Positions 8,892 through 17,902 of a DNA stretch of 64,000 nucleotides are shown here, one piece after another. The notes under the pieces were generated by a model. It did no database searches. It worked only from the letters and a program-made list of their open reading frames with translations, and was not told where the DNA came from. This DNA comes from an uncultured Candidatus Binatia bacterium (lineage in GTDB: Bacteria > Desulfobacterota > Binatia > Bin18). The stretch lies in the NCBI GenBank assembly GCA_965243855.1, contig CBDEWE010000003.1, forward strand, positions 4,750,909-4,814,908. Direction: 5' to 3'. Numbering within the stretch: position 1 is the first letter of the stretch; each line of letters opens with the position of its first letter. A program made the position numbers and the translations under genes.

Positions 8892-10121
8892 GTGTCAGAC
8901 AGCACGCACAAACGCGCGATCTTCATTCTGGCCGGGGCGGTGTTTGCCACCATGCTGGGAAACGGCATGGTGATGCCCTTTATTCCCGTGTATGTCGCGC
9001 AATTCGGCCTGGGCGGCCTGGGGGCAGGCTTGCTGTTCAGCGTCCATGCCGCCACCCGGACCGTGTTGCTGCCGTTCATCGGACGCGCGTCCGACCGCTG
9101 GGGCAGACGTGGCTTTTTGCTGGTGGGGGTGCTGTTCTACGCCTTGGCCTCCCTGGCCTATCCCCTGGCCGACCGGGTCGCTGCCTTTGTCGGCATTATG
9201 GCAGTCCACGGCACGGGCATGGCCATCGTCCATCTGGTTTCCATGGCCTATGTCGGGGACCTGGCACCGCGCGGTGAGGAGGGCCGCTACAGCGGATATA
9301 TGAATACCGCCCTCTTGGGCGGGATTGCTAGCGGGCCTGTCCTGGGAGGAGTCATCCGCGACCTGTCCTCCATGTCGGTCAATTTTCTGACGATGAGTGT
9401 CATGAGCGGGGTGTCCTTTTTCTTGCTGGCGATCCTGCTGCCGCCTGTCGAATCCATCCGGACCGGACCGAAAAATCCCCAGCCAGCCTCCACCAGGCCC
9501 TGGCAATTACTCTCCTGCCGTCCGGTCGTCGGGGTAGCGAGCTTTCGTCTCGCCTATGCGTGTACGAACGCGTTGATCTGGATATTCTTGCCGGTTCTGG
9601 CCGCCCGGCTGTGGACCTTATCCACGACGCAGATCGGGGTGTTAATCTCCGTCAATGTGATGGTCAGCACCGTGTTGCAAGCCCCCTGTGGCCGGCTGGC
9701 CGACCGCAAGCGGAAGGCCGTGCTGATTACCCTGGGTGGAGTCGGCAGTGCGCTTGCCCTGGCCGCTGTTCCGTTTGCGACCGTGTTCTGGCAGGTGCTG
9801 GCTCTCAATATCTGTATAGGCGCGTGCTACGGCTTGGCCTTCCCGGCCCATACCGCAGTCGGCATGGAGAACGCCGGTCCGTACGGTATGGCCACCGTCA
9901 TGAGCCTGCTGATGATGGCGCACGGCGCCGGCATGATGGTTGGGCCGCTGCTGTTCGGCGCCATTGCGGATCAGCTGAGTCTGGCCTGGGCGTTCTGGGC
10001 TGGGGGGCTGATCAACCTCGGCCTGGTAATCGCATGTTGGCTGTTACTGGTCGGAGCGCCGGCCAAGCTGGAAGTCGAACCGCTCCGACCCGTGAACACC
10101 GATCCCGTTGAGGCGGACTAA
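8892..10121 (+). CDS. MFS transporter
   Basis: 409 aa, 12 predicted TM helices. The motif GRASDRWGRRGF lies between TM2 and TM3 (MFS signature D-R-x-G-R-R). GTG start. Confidence 0.85.
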   Translation: MSDSTHKRAIFILAGAVFATMLGNGMVMPFIPVYVAQFGLGGLGAGLLFSVHAATRTVLLPFIGRASDRWGRRGFLLVGVLFYALASLAYPLADRVAAFVGIMAVHGTGMAIVHLVSMAYVGDLAPRGEEGRYSGYMNTALLGGIASGPVLGGVIRDLSSMSVNFLTMSVMSGVSFFLLAILLPPVESIRTGPKNPQPASTRPWQLLSCRPVVGVASFRLAYACTNALIWIFLPVLAARLWTLSTTQIGVLISVNVMVSTVLQAPCGRLADRKRKAVLITLGGVGSALALAAVPFATVFWQVLALNICIGACYGLAFPAHTAVGMENAGPYGMATVMSLLMMAHGAGMMVGPLLFGAIADQLSLAWAFWAGGLINLGLVIACWLLLVGAPAKLEVEPLRPVNTDPVEAD

Positions 10122-11239
10122 AAGAACTTGATGACGCTTCGGGCCACCCCGCTGCCCGTTTTCAGCAGATCGTAGGCTTCGTTGACCTGTTCGAGCGAGA
10201 AGGTCTTGGAGACCAACTCGTCAATTTTGATCTTTTTATCCATATACATGTCGAGCAGGCGGGGCATGTCGACGCGGGGACGGGTCGAACCGTAGTACGA
10301 GCCCTGAATCCGCTTTTCCATCAAACAGAAGATGTTCGGGTTGATCGAGATGCGCGAACCGTCGGGCGACACGCCGACCACCGTACACACGCCCCCGCGG
10401 CCCGTCATCTTGAACGCCAATTCGATCGTCTTGGGTGTGCTGATGACCTCGAAGGCATAGTCGGCCCCGCGTCCACCGGTCAGTTCCATAACCGCCTTGA
10501 AGGCGTCGTCCTGGCCGGGATTGATGGTATGGGTCGCACCAAAGGTCTTGGCAAACTCCAGCTTCGAGTCGAGCAGATCGACCGCAATAACCTGCCGCGC
10601 CCCCGCCAGGGCACAGCCCTGAATGACGTTGAGACCCACCCCGCCACAGCCGACGACCACGGTGGATGAGCCGGGCTGGACGTTGGCGGTGTTGACTGCC
10701 GCCCCAACCCCGGTCATGGTTCCGCAGCCCACAAAACACGCCCGGTCGAGCGGAATATCCTCTCGGATTTTGATGGCGCAACTCTCGTGGACAACGGCCT
10801 CCTCCGCGAACGAGGCCGTGTACGCAAAGTGGAAAACCTCCTCGTTGTTCTTGCGCAGGCGTGTTGTCCCGTCCAAGAGCGTGCCGAGTGCTCTGGGCCG
10901 GGTCTCACACAGATGCGGTTGTCCCTGGGTACAATAGTGGCAGGTGCCACAGACGGGATTGAAAGACAGCACGACATGGTCGCCCTCTTTGACCGAGGTC
11001 ACGCCGGCGCCAACCTCGGTGACCACCCCGGCGCCCTCATGACCCAGAACCATGGGCAGCGGCATCCGCATATCGCCGGTCATGACGTGTAAATCGCTAT
11101 GACAGGCGCCGTTGGCCGCCACCTTGACCTTGACCTCTCCGGCTTTGGGCGGGTCGATGTGTAAATCTTCAATCACGAGTGGTTTGTTCGGCTCATATAG
11201 CACCGCAGCTTTCATGGACATTCCCTCCTGTTGATACAA
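10118..11239 (-). CDS. zinc-dependent alcohol dehydrogenase (class III/formaldehyde-DH-like)
   Basis: 373 aa. GHEGAGVVTEVG zinc-binding signature, CHSDLH, GxGxxG Rossmann motif (VVGCGGVG). Confidence 0.85.
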   Translation of the reverse strand: MYQQEGMSMKAAVLYEPNKPLVIEDLHIDPPKAGEVKVKVAANGACHSDLHVMTGDMRMPLPMVLGHEGAGVVTEVGAGVTSVKEGDHVVLSFNPVCGTCHYCTQGQPHLCETRPRALGTLLDGTTRLRKNNEEVFHFAYTASFAEEAVVHESCAIKIREDIPLDRACFVGCGTMTGVGAAVNTANVQPGSSTVVVGCGGVGLNVIQGCALAGARQVIAVDLLDSKLEFAKTFGATHTINPGQDDAFKAVMELTGGRGADYAFEVISTPKTIELAFKMTGRGGVCTVVGVSPDGSRISINPNIFCLMEKRIQGSYYGSTRPRVDMPRLLDMYMDKKIKIDELVSKTFSLEQVNEAYDLLKTGSGVARSVIKFF

Positions 11240-11360
11240 AATACCCCGTAGGAGACTGAAATGATAAACGGCTCGAAGGGCACTGTCCAGGAAGCCAATG
11301 TCCCGTTCTCACAAGGGCAAGCTAAGGAGGCGGGCGGGCCTTCCATTCTTCTGAGAAAAA

Positions 11361-13610
11361 ATGAATAACCCTGGTATGAAATTCCATCGAAGGCGGTGTG
11401 GAGGAGTGCTGTCCTGGGTTGTGTTGCTGTGCGCCGCTACGCTGCTGCCGTCTGACGTGCTTGCCCAGCCGCAGCACACGCTCGAAGATATTACCGTCAC
11501 GGCCCGTAAGCAGGAGCAGCGCGCATTCGATGTGCCCTTATCGCTGTCCGTGCTCCAGGACGAGGGGCTCGACCGGTTGCGCTCGTCGGGTATGGACGTG
11601 CGTTTTCTGAACAACCGCGTGCCCAGCCTGCAAGCCGAGTCGTCCTTTGGACGCTTCTTTCCCCGATTCTACATACGCGGCTTGGGCAATACCGACTTCG
11701 ATATGAATGCGTCTCAGCCGGTCTCGGTGATGTACGACGGGATTGTGTTGGAGAACTCCCAACTCAAGAGTACCCCGGTTTTTGATATCGAGCGGATCGA
11801 GGTGTTGCGCGGACCGCAGGGGACGCTCTTTGGGCGTAACACCACCGCCGGTGTCATCAAGATCGAGTCGGCCCGTCCGACCTGGGACTGGGAGGGCTAT
11901 GGCCGGTTGTCCTATGGACGATTCAACAGCGTGAATTTTGAGGCGGCACTGTCCGGTCCGCTGATCCCGTCCGTCCTGGCGGCGCGGGCCTCGGTGCTGG
12001 TCCAGCGTCGGAGCGACTGGGTAGACAACACCTACACTGACGAGGATAACGCCCTGGGCGGCTATCGCGATGTGGCCGGACGGCTTCAGTTTTTATTGAC
12101 GCCGACCGAGAATCTGTCCGGGCGGTTCAAGGTCCATATTCGCGACTTCGGCGGCACGCCCCGCCTCTTTCGGGCGAATGTGCTTAAGCCGGGCCAGGCC
12201 GACCTGGTTTCGGGCTTCCGACGCGACAAAATCGCCCATGACGCCGACGGTGACGCCGGGGTGAGCGGCCACGGCTTCGCCTCCGAGTTGCACTACACGC
12301 TTGGGCCGGTCCGGCTGATCTCGCTGACTGGTGGGGAATGGCTCGACAGCTTCGCAAGCGGCGATATCGACGGTGGCTATGGTGCGGTCTGGAGTCCGCC
12401 CAGCGGGCCGGGCCTGATTCCGTTTCCGGCCGAGACTGAGGACGGGATATCGGCTCTGCGTCAGTTAAGCCAGGAGGTTCGTCTGGAACACACGGCCTGG
12501 CAGCGCCTGGACTGGCGGGTGGGTGTCTTCTATTTCCACGAGGAACTCGACATGTTCGGCCTCAACTACGACACCCTGGCTGGGAATGTCGTGAATGGCC
12601 GTATCCGCCATGAGCAACGCACCGAGGCGTGGGCCGTGTTTGCCGGGGCAACGCTGAGCATCACCGACAATCTCGAAGTCGCCGCCGGCGTGCGCGTCTC
12701 TGAGGACGACAAGGAATACCGTATCGAACGGCTACAGTCGCCCATTGGAGCCGGACCGCTGGGCCCGCTCCACAAGGCCCCCCGCGACCTGGTGCCGAGT
12801 TGGGACCTGAGCCTGCGCTACCAGCCGCGGCCCGGCGTCCAGCCCTACGTCCGCGTGGCCAGCAGCTTTCGCGCGCCCAGCATTCAGGGCCGGTTGCTGT
12901 TCAGCGACGAGGTGACTGTGGCCGACACCGAGGACATCATCTCGGTCGAGGTCGGCCTGAAGACGCGCCTGTGGCAGCAGCGGCTCCACCTTGATCTGGC
13001 GGCCTATCATTTCTGGATGAACGATCAACAACTCACCGCGGTGGGCGGCGATGCCAATGTCGCCCGCCTGGTGAATGCCGACCGTACCATCGGACGGGGG
13101 GTTGAGGCTGAGCTGGCGCTGGTCCTGGCCCGAGGCCTGCGCTTTACCGCCGGCGCCAGTTACAATTATACGCGGCTTGACGACCCCGGTCTGTTCATCC
13201 CCCCGTGTGGCGCGGACTGCACCGTCCTGGACCCGCCCGGACCGGTGCCCGGTACCGTGTCGATTGACGGCAACCGGCTGTACCAGGCACCACGCTGGAT
13301 TGTAAATTTCAGTCTGGACTATACCCGCGTGCTTGCCGGTGGCTCGACCCTGATAGCGTCCACCGATTGGGCCTACCGCAGCCGTATTAACTTTTTTCTG
13401 TACGATTCGCGAGAATTCCGTGACGATCACCGGCTTGAGGGCGGGGCACGCGTGGCCTGGGTGTCGCCTTCCGGTGTCCTGGAAGTCGCGGCCTTTGGCC
13501 GTAATATTCTGAACGACACCTCTCCCGCCGGTGGCATCGACTTCAACAACCTGACCGCCTACATCAACCAACCGTCCTACTGGGGTGTTGAAGGGGTCGT
13601 GCGTTTCTGA
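11361..13610 (+). CDS. TonB-dependent outer-membrane receptor
   Basis: 749 aa. Signal peptide, plug domain (DITVTARKQEQRAFDVPLSLSVL), beta-barrel, C-terminal aromatic residue (..VVRF). Confidence 0.85.
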   Translation: MNNPGMKFHRRRCGGVLSWVVLLCAATLLPSDVLAQPQHTLEDITVTARKQEQRAFDVPLSLSVLQDEGLDRLRSSGMDVRFLNNRVPSLQAESSFGRFFPRFYIRGLGNTDFDMNASQPVSVMYDGIVLENSQLKSTPVFDIERIEVLRGPQGTLFGRNTTAGVIKIESARPTWDWEGYGRLSYGRFNSVNFEAALSGPLIPSVLAARASVLVQRRSDWVDNTYTDEDNALGGYRDVAGRLQFLLTPTENLSGRFKVHIRDFGGTPRLFRANVLKPGQADLVSGFRRDKIAHDADGDAGVSGHGFASELHYTLGPVRLISLTGGEWLDSFASGDIDGGYGAVWSPPSGPGLIPFPAETEDGISALRQLSQEVRLEHTAWQRLDWRVGVFYFHEELDMFGLNYDTLAGNVVNGRIRHEQRTEAWAVFAGATLSITDNLEVAAGVRVSEDDKEYRIERLQSPIGAGPLGPLHKAPRDLVPSWDLSLRYQPRPGVQPYVRVASSFRAPSIQGRLLFSDEVTVADTEDIISVEVGLKTRLWQQRLHLDLAAYHFWMNDQQLTAVGGDANVARLVNADRTIGRGVEAELALVLARGLRFTAGASYNYTRLDDPGLFIPPCGADCTVLDPPGPVPGTVSIDGNRLYQAPRWIVNFSLDYTRVLAGGSTLIASTDWAYRSRINFFLYDSREFRDDHRLEGGARVAWVSPSGVLEVAAFGRNILNDTSPAGGIDFNNLTAYINQPSYWGVEGVVRF

Positions 13611-13644
13611 CGACGGGTGCGAACCGGGCCGGTGCCGCAACACC

Positions 13645-15936
13645 ATGAGAGAGAATACGCTGCCACTGCGCGACCCTACCTGGAGCCTCGCGTCACTGCT
13701 GACCAGACTGGCGGTGACAGACCGCGCGCGCCGGCTCGGCGGGTGGGTCGTGGCGTTGTGGGCCGGGTTGCTGCCGTCTGTCGTGCTCGCTCAGCCGCAG
13801 CACGCGCTCGAAGATATTACGGTCACCGCCCGCAAGCAGGAGCAACGCGCCTTTGACGTGCCGTTGTCGCTGTCCGTGCTCCAGGGCGAGGGGCTCGACC
13901 GGCTACGCGCCTCGGGTATGGATGTGCGTTTTCTGACCAATCGAACGCCCAGCCTCCAGGTCATGTCGGGTTTCGGACGTGTCTATCCGTATTTCTTTAT
14001 CCGTGGTCTGGGCAATACGGACTTCGACATGAATGCCTCCCAGCCGGTGTCGATCATGCACGACGGGATTGTGCTGGAAAACCCGTGGCTCAAGGGACAT
14101 CCCATCTTTGATGTCGAGCGGGTCGAGGTGCTGCGTGGACCGCAGGGCACGCTGTTTGGGCGGAATACGCCGGCCGGCATCGTGAAGGTCGAATCGGCCC
14201 GTCCGACCTGGGGGTGGGAGGGCTATGGTCGGTTGTCCTACGGACGGTTCGACAGCGTGAATTTCGAGGGGGCGCTGTCCGGTCCGCTGATCTCGTCTGT
14301 CCTGGCGGCACGCGCCTCTCTGTTGGTACAGCGCCGGAGCGACTGGATAGATAACACCTATACCGGCAAGGACAACGCCCTGGGTGGCTACGATGACATT
14401 GCCGGCCGCATCCAGTTTGTGTGGACACCGGTGGAGAATTTTTCCGGGCGGTTCAAGGTTCATGTCCGAGACTTTGACAGCAATGCCCGGGTCTTCCGGG
14501 CGAATATATTCAGGCCGGGCCGCACCGGTCTACGCCCAGGGCTACGGCGCGACAAAACTGCCCAGGACGCTGGCAATCCGCAGTACCTGGCGAGCCACGG
14601 GTTTGCCACCGAGCTGCACTATACCCTGGGCGAGTTCCGCCTGATCTCGCTGACCGGTGGGGACTGGCTGGACGGCAGATCGCGCGGCGACGTGGACGGT
14701 GGCTATGGTGCGGTCTGGAGTCCGCCCAGCGGGCCGGGTCTGATTCCGTTTCCAACCGAGACGGCCGACGGCCTCTCGGCTCTGCGCCAGTTGAGCCAGG
14801 AATTCCGCCTGGAACACACGGCCTGGCAACGCCTGGACTGGCGGGTAGGCTTCTTTTACTTCCACGAGGAACTCGACATCGAGGGTTTCAGCTATGACAC
14901 CCTGGCCGGGAGTGTACTGAACGGCCGCATCCGTCAGGATCAACGCACCGAAGCCTGGGCCGTGTTTGCCGCCGCTACCTTTACCCTGACCGAAAATATC
15001 GAACTGGCTGCGGGTGTGCGTGTCTCCGAGGACGACAAGGAGTACGCGAGTGAGCGTCTTCAATCGCCCATTGGTGCCGGTCCGCTCGGTCCCATCCATA
15101 GGGCTCCCCGCGACCTGGTACCGAGCTGGGACCTGAGCCTGCGTTATCAGCTGCGACCTGGCATTCAGCCCTATGTGCGAGTGGCCAGCAGCTTTCGCGC
15201 TCCTAGCATCCAGGGCCGGTTGCTGTTCGGTGACGAGGTGACCGTGGCCGACACCGAGGACATCATCTCGGTCGAGCTTGGTCTGAAGCTGCGTGTGTGG
15301 CAGCAGCGTGTCCATTTGGACCTGGCGGCCTATCATTTCTGGATGCACGATCAGCAGCTCACCGCGGGGAGCGGTGTGGACAATGCCAACCGGCTGCTGA
15401 ACGCCGACCGCACCATCGGACGGGGCATCGAGGCGGAGGGGACCGTGGCCTTGGGCCATGGGCTGCGCCTGACGGCCGGCCTGAGTTATAACTACACCCG
15501 GCTCGACGATACGGGTCTGTTTGTTCAGCCGTGCGGTTCGGACTGTACGGTCCTTGACCCGCCCGGCCCGGTTCCAGGTACGGTCTCCATTGACGGCAAC
15601 CGTCTGCCTCAAGCCCCCCGCTGGATCGCCAACCTGAACCTGAGCTATACGCGCGTGTTACCCAGCGGTGCGGCCTTGATCCTGGCGACCGACTGGGCGT
15701 ATCGCAGCCGCATCAATTTCTTTCTGTACGAGTCGCGCGAGTTTCGCGACAATCATCTGCTTGAGGGCGGCCTGCGCCTGTCCTGGCTGTCGGCCTCGGG
15801 CGGTCTGGAAGTGGCCGCCTTTGGCCGCAACATCCTGAACAACGTCTCGCCCACCGGCGGCCTCGACTTCAACAATCTGGCCGGCTACGTCAATGAGCCA
15901 CCGGTGTGGGGCATAGAAGCGGCGGTACGCTTGTGA
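13645..15936 (+). CDS. TonB-dependent outer-membrane receptor (tandem paralogue of the upstream gene)
   Basis: Starts MRENTLPL at 13645. Shares long identical blocks with the 11361 gene (for example SGFASELHYTLG, AVWSPPSGPGLIPFP). Confidence 0.85.
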   Translation: MRENTLPLRDPTWSLASLLTRLAVTDRARRLGGWVVALWAGLLPSVVLAQPQHALEDITVTARKQEQRAFDVPLSLSVLQGEGLDRLRASGMDVRFLTNRTPSLQVMSGFGRVYPYFFIRGLGNTDFDMNASQPVSIMHDGIVLENPWLKGHPIFDVERVEVLRGPQGTLFGRNTPAGIVKVESARPTWGWEGYGRLSYGRFDSVNFEGALSGPLISSVLAARASLLVQRRSDWIDNTYTGKDNALGGYDDIAGRIQFVWTPVENFSGRFKVHVRDFDSNARVFRANIFRPGRTGLRPGLRRDKTAQDAGNPQYLASHGFATELHYTLGEFRLISLTGGDWLDGRSRGDVDGGYGAVWSPPSGPGLIPFPTETADGLSALRQLSQEFRLEHTAWQRLDWRVGFFYFHEELDIEGFSYDTLAGSVLNGRIRQDQRTEAWAVFAAATFTLTENIELAAGVRVSEDDKEYASERLQSPIGAGPLGPIHRAPRDLVPSWDLSLRYQLRPGIQPYVRVASSFRAPSIQGRLLFGDEVTVADTEDIISVELGLKLRVWQQRVHLDLAAYHFWMHDQQLTAGSGVDNANRLLNADRTIGRGIEAEGTVALGHGLRLTAGLSYNYTRLDDTGLFVQPCGSDCTVLDPPGPVPGTVSIDGNRLPQAPRWIANLNLSYTRVLPSGAALILATDWAYRSRINFFLYESREFRDNHLLEGGLRLSWLSASGGLEVAAFGRNILNNVSPTGGLDFNNLAGYVNEPPVWGIEAAVRL

Positions 15937-16027
15937 CGGGCGGTTCGGCATGGCTTTGCGGTGTTGCCAAACGGTTCGGGCTCAGGCAAAACGGAGCATA
16001 TCTTACGGAAGGAAAAGGAGGCAAAGC

Positions 16028-16309
16028 ATGATTGCATTGGTCGCAAAGCTGACGGTTCGCGAAGGCAAGGAGCAGGATTTTATTGATGCCATGAAGGATG
16101 TCGTCCCGGCCGTGCGTGAAGAGCCCGGCAACAGCGCCTATGTGATGAACCGTTCGAAAGAAAATCCGAGCATGTTCGTATTCTACGAGGAGTATACGGA
16201 CCAGGCCGCTTTTGATGCCCATCGTAAGCATCTCGGCGAACTCGGGGTGGACCTGAGGGCCATCCTCGCCGGCGCGCCGACGCTCGAATTCTATGAGAAG
16301 ATATACTAG
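16028..16309 (+). CDS. ABM/Dabb-fold (antibiotic-biosynthesis-monooxygenase-like) small protein
   Basis: 93 aa, MIALVAKLTVREGKEQDFIDAM.... SD AAGGAGG upstream of the ATG at 16028. Confidence 0.6.
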   Translation: MIALVAKLTVREGKEQDFIDAMKDVVPAVREEPGNSAYVMNRSKENPSMFVFYEEYTDQAAFDAHRKHLGELGVDLRAILAGAPTLEFYEKIY

Positions 16310-16324
16310 AGTGCGTTCCCCGTT

Positions 16325-16360
16325 GAAGTAGCCTAACTATCGAAGAGGGACACGGCATAT
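16325..16360 (+). terminator. Rho-independent terminator
   Basis: gagggacacg-gcatat-cgtgtccctc followed by TTTTTGTTT, 15 nt after the ABM gene stop. Confidence 0.7.
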
Positions 16361-16440
16361 CGTGTCCCTCTTTTTGTTTGCGCGTATGGGAATGCTTGCG
16401 TAGTGTTGAGGTGAAAAGCCACACTCAGAACGAGGCTCTT

Positions 16441-16896
16441 ATGATGCTCGAAATTGACCCGGAGGCCAAACAAGGCGTCCAACTCGGTCCGGTGACGGTG
16501 ACCGCTGAGGATATTCAATCCTTTGCCGAGGCGATGGGCGATCTCAACCCGCTGTATACGGACGTTGAGGCGGCGCGCGCCGCCGGCTACCCGGACGTTA
16601 TTGCCCCCCCGATGTTCTGTATGCGGATGCGCGGCGGCAGAATGCTGCCCGAGGTCCCGCTCCCGTCCGGCTTCATGAGTCTGAACGCGGGACAGGAACT
16701 CGAATTCCACGACGAGATTATTGCCGGGCAGACCTATACCATTACCTCGCGTGTGGCCGATGTGTATGAAAAAACAGGCCGGAGCGGCCCTATGGAGATC
16801 ATTGTTCGGGAGTCAACGATTACGGATGCCGAGGAACGAACGATCGTGACGATCCGCGAGCGACAAATCGTGCGCTCACCGGAAAAGAAAATCTAG
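16441..16896 (+). CDS. MaoC-like hot-dog fold protein (N-terminal-type dehydratase subunit)
   Basis: 151 aa from ATGATG at 16441. FAS1/MaoC_dehydrat_N-like (PLYTDVEAARAAGYPDVIAPPMF). Confidence 0.7.
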   Translation: MMLEIDPEAKQGVQLGPVTVTAEDIQSFAEAMGDLNPLYTDVEAARAAGYPDVIAPPMFCMRMRGGRMLPEVPLPSGFMSLNAGQELEFHDEIIAGQTYTITSRVADVYEKTGRSGPMEIIVRESTITDAEERTIVTIRERQIVRSPEKKI

Positions 16897-16907
16897 GTCC
16901 AGGACTC

Positions 16908-17882
16908 ATGCGTATCAGTCTGGACCCCTGGGGGGGCGACTACGGCAGCCAGATCTCGACGCCACAGGCGGTCGATGAAGAACATTTCTCCGCCCAAGTT
17001 ACGGGACAGCAGGTTGAGGCCGGTCCGTGGCAGCCCCGGACACCAGCTCCCGAGCAGATGCCGAACATGACCGCGGTGATTGACGGTGTCATGCGGGTCG
17101 ATGCGCCCGCAGTCATGAGTGACGACGAGACGCGCTTTCTGGCCCTGTTCGGGTCGTACGCGGCCGGGGCGGTCGTTATTGACCGTCGTGTCGAGATTAT
17201 CGAGGAACAGCTCGACCGCCTCTTTATTGTTGGCGGGGGGCAATCCGGACAGGATGTGCTGGTCGCGGCCGGAACGGGTGGAAAGATTCCCATGCGCTAC
17301 CGGAGCATGAGCGTGTCGGACCTCACCCCGGATTCCTTACGTGAAAGCCTCCTGACTGCAATGCGGCAGGCCGAGGTTGATTTGGCCCGAAAGCTGTCTG
17401 GGAACGAACGTCTCATACTTGCGGACGGTAATCTGACCTTTTTAGGCGATAGCTCCTCAGTTGTTGGGGTCATCAAGACGATTCAACGGATGTACCTTGC
17501 GCCCAAAGAGGCAAAAATTCTCGAACAGCTTCAGCCGGGTGAACGAACACCGTTGTTCCAATTCTCTGGCAGTAGCAGGCGAAAAAGTTTTGAGGTGTTC
17601 ACCTGTTATCTGCGTTTGGCGAATCCGCGACCGATCGAGCATCCATTTACCGGACTGGTGCGCTTAGAAGTGAAGCTTGGACTTGGTATTCAGCAGGCGG
17701 TCATGCTGTTAGATCAAGCCGCACATGCGGTTTCGGCTCTGGCCTCCCGCGCGCCAAAAGACCCCCGCGCCCCTCAAAATTTGATTCCCATCGGTGGACT
17801 AGAGCGACGGTTGCGGCACCGGCTGGGTGACCCCAAGCTGGTCCGGCGGTGTATTGAGAAGGCCCTCCTGAACCAGGTATAG
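16908..17882 (+). CDS. NurA-like nuclease (RNase-H-fold, predicted)
   Basis: 324 aa. AVIDGV motif resembles the NurA catalytic (V/I)DGS motif. Placement 20 nt upstream of a HerA-like ATPase is the canonical NurA context. This is an inference without HMM support. Confidence 0.5.
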   Translation: MRISLDPWGGDYGSQISTPQAVDEEHFSAQVTGQQVEAGPWQPRTPAPEQMPNMTAVIDGVMRVDAPAVMSDDETRFLALFGSYAAGAVVIDRRVEIIEEQLDRLFIVGGGQSGQDVLVAAGTGGKIPMRYRSMSVSDLTPDSLRESLLTAMRQAEVDLARKLSGNERLILADGNLTFLGDSSSVVGVIKTIQRMYLAPKEAKILEQLQPGERTPLFQFSGSSRRKSFEVFTCYLRLANPRPIEHPFTGLVRLEVKLGLGIQQAVMLLDQAAHAVSALASRAPKDPRAPQNLIPIGGLERRLRHRLGDPKLVRRCIEKALLNQV

Positions 17883-17902
17883 CCAAACGGAAAGGAGAAC
17901 GC

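Noticed and set aside
11240-11360. Possible Fur box (ATGATAAAC) upstream of the first TonB-dependent receptor
   Set aside because: Only about 8 of 19 positions match the consensus. Too weak to call.
16380-16440. Imperfect inverted repeat AGTGTTG-N11-CACACT upstream of the hot-dog/nurA operon, considered as a LexA/SOS box
   Set aside because: It does not match any known LexA consensus (CTGT-N8-ACAG, GAAC-N4-GTTC, GTTC-N7-GTTC and others).
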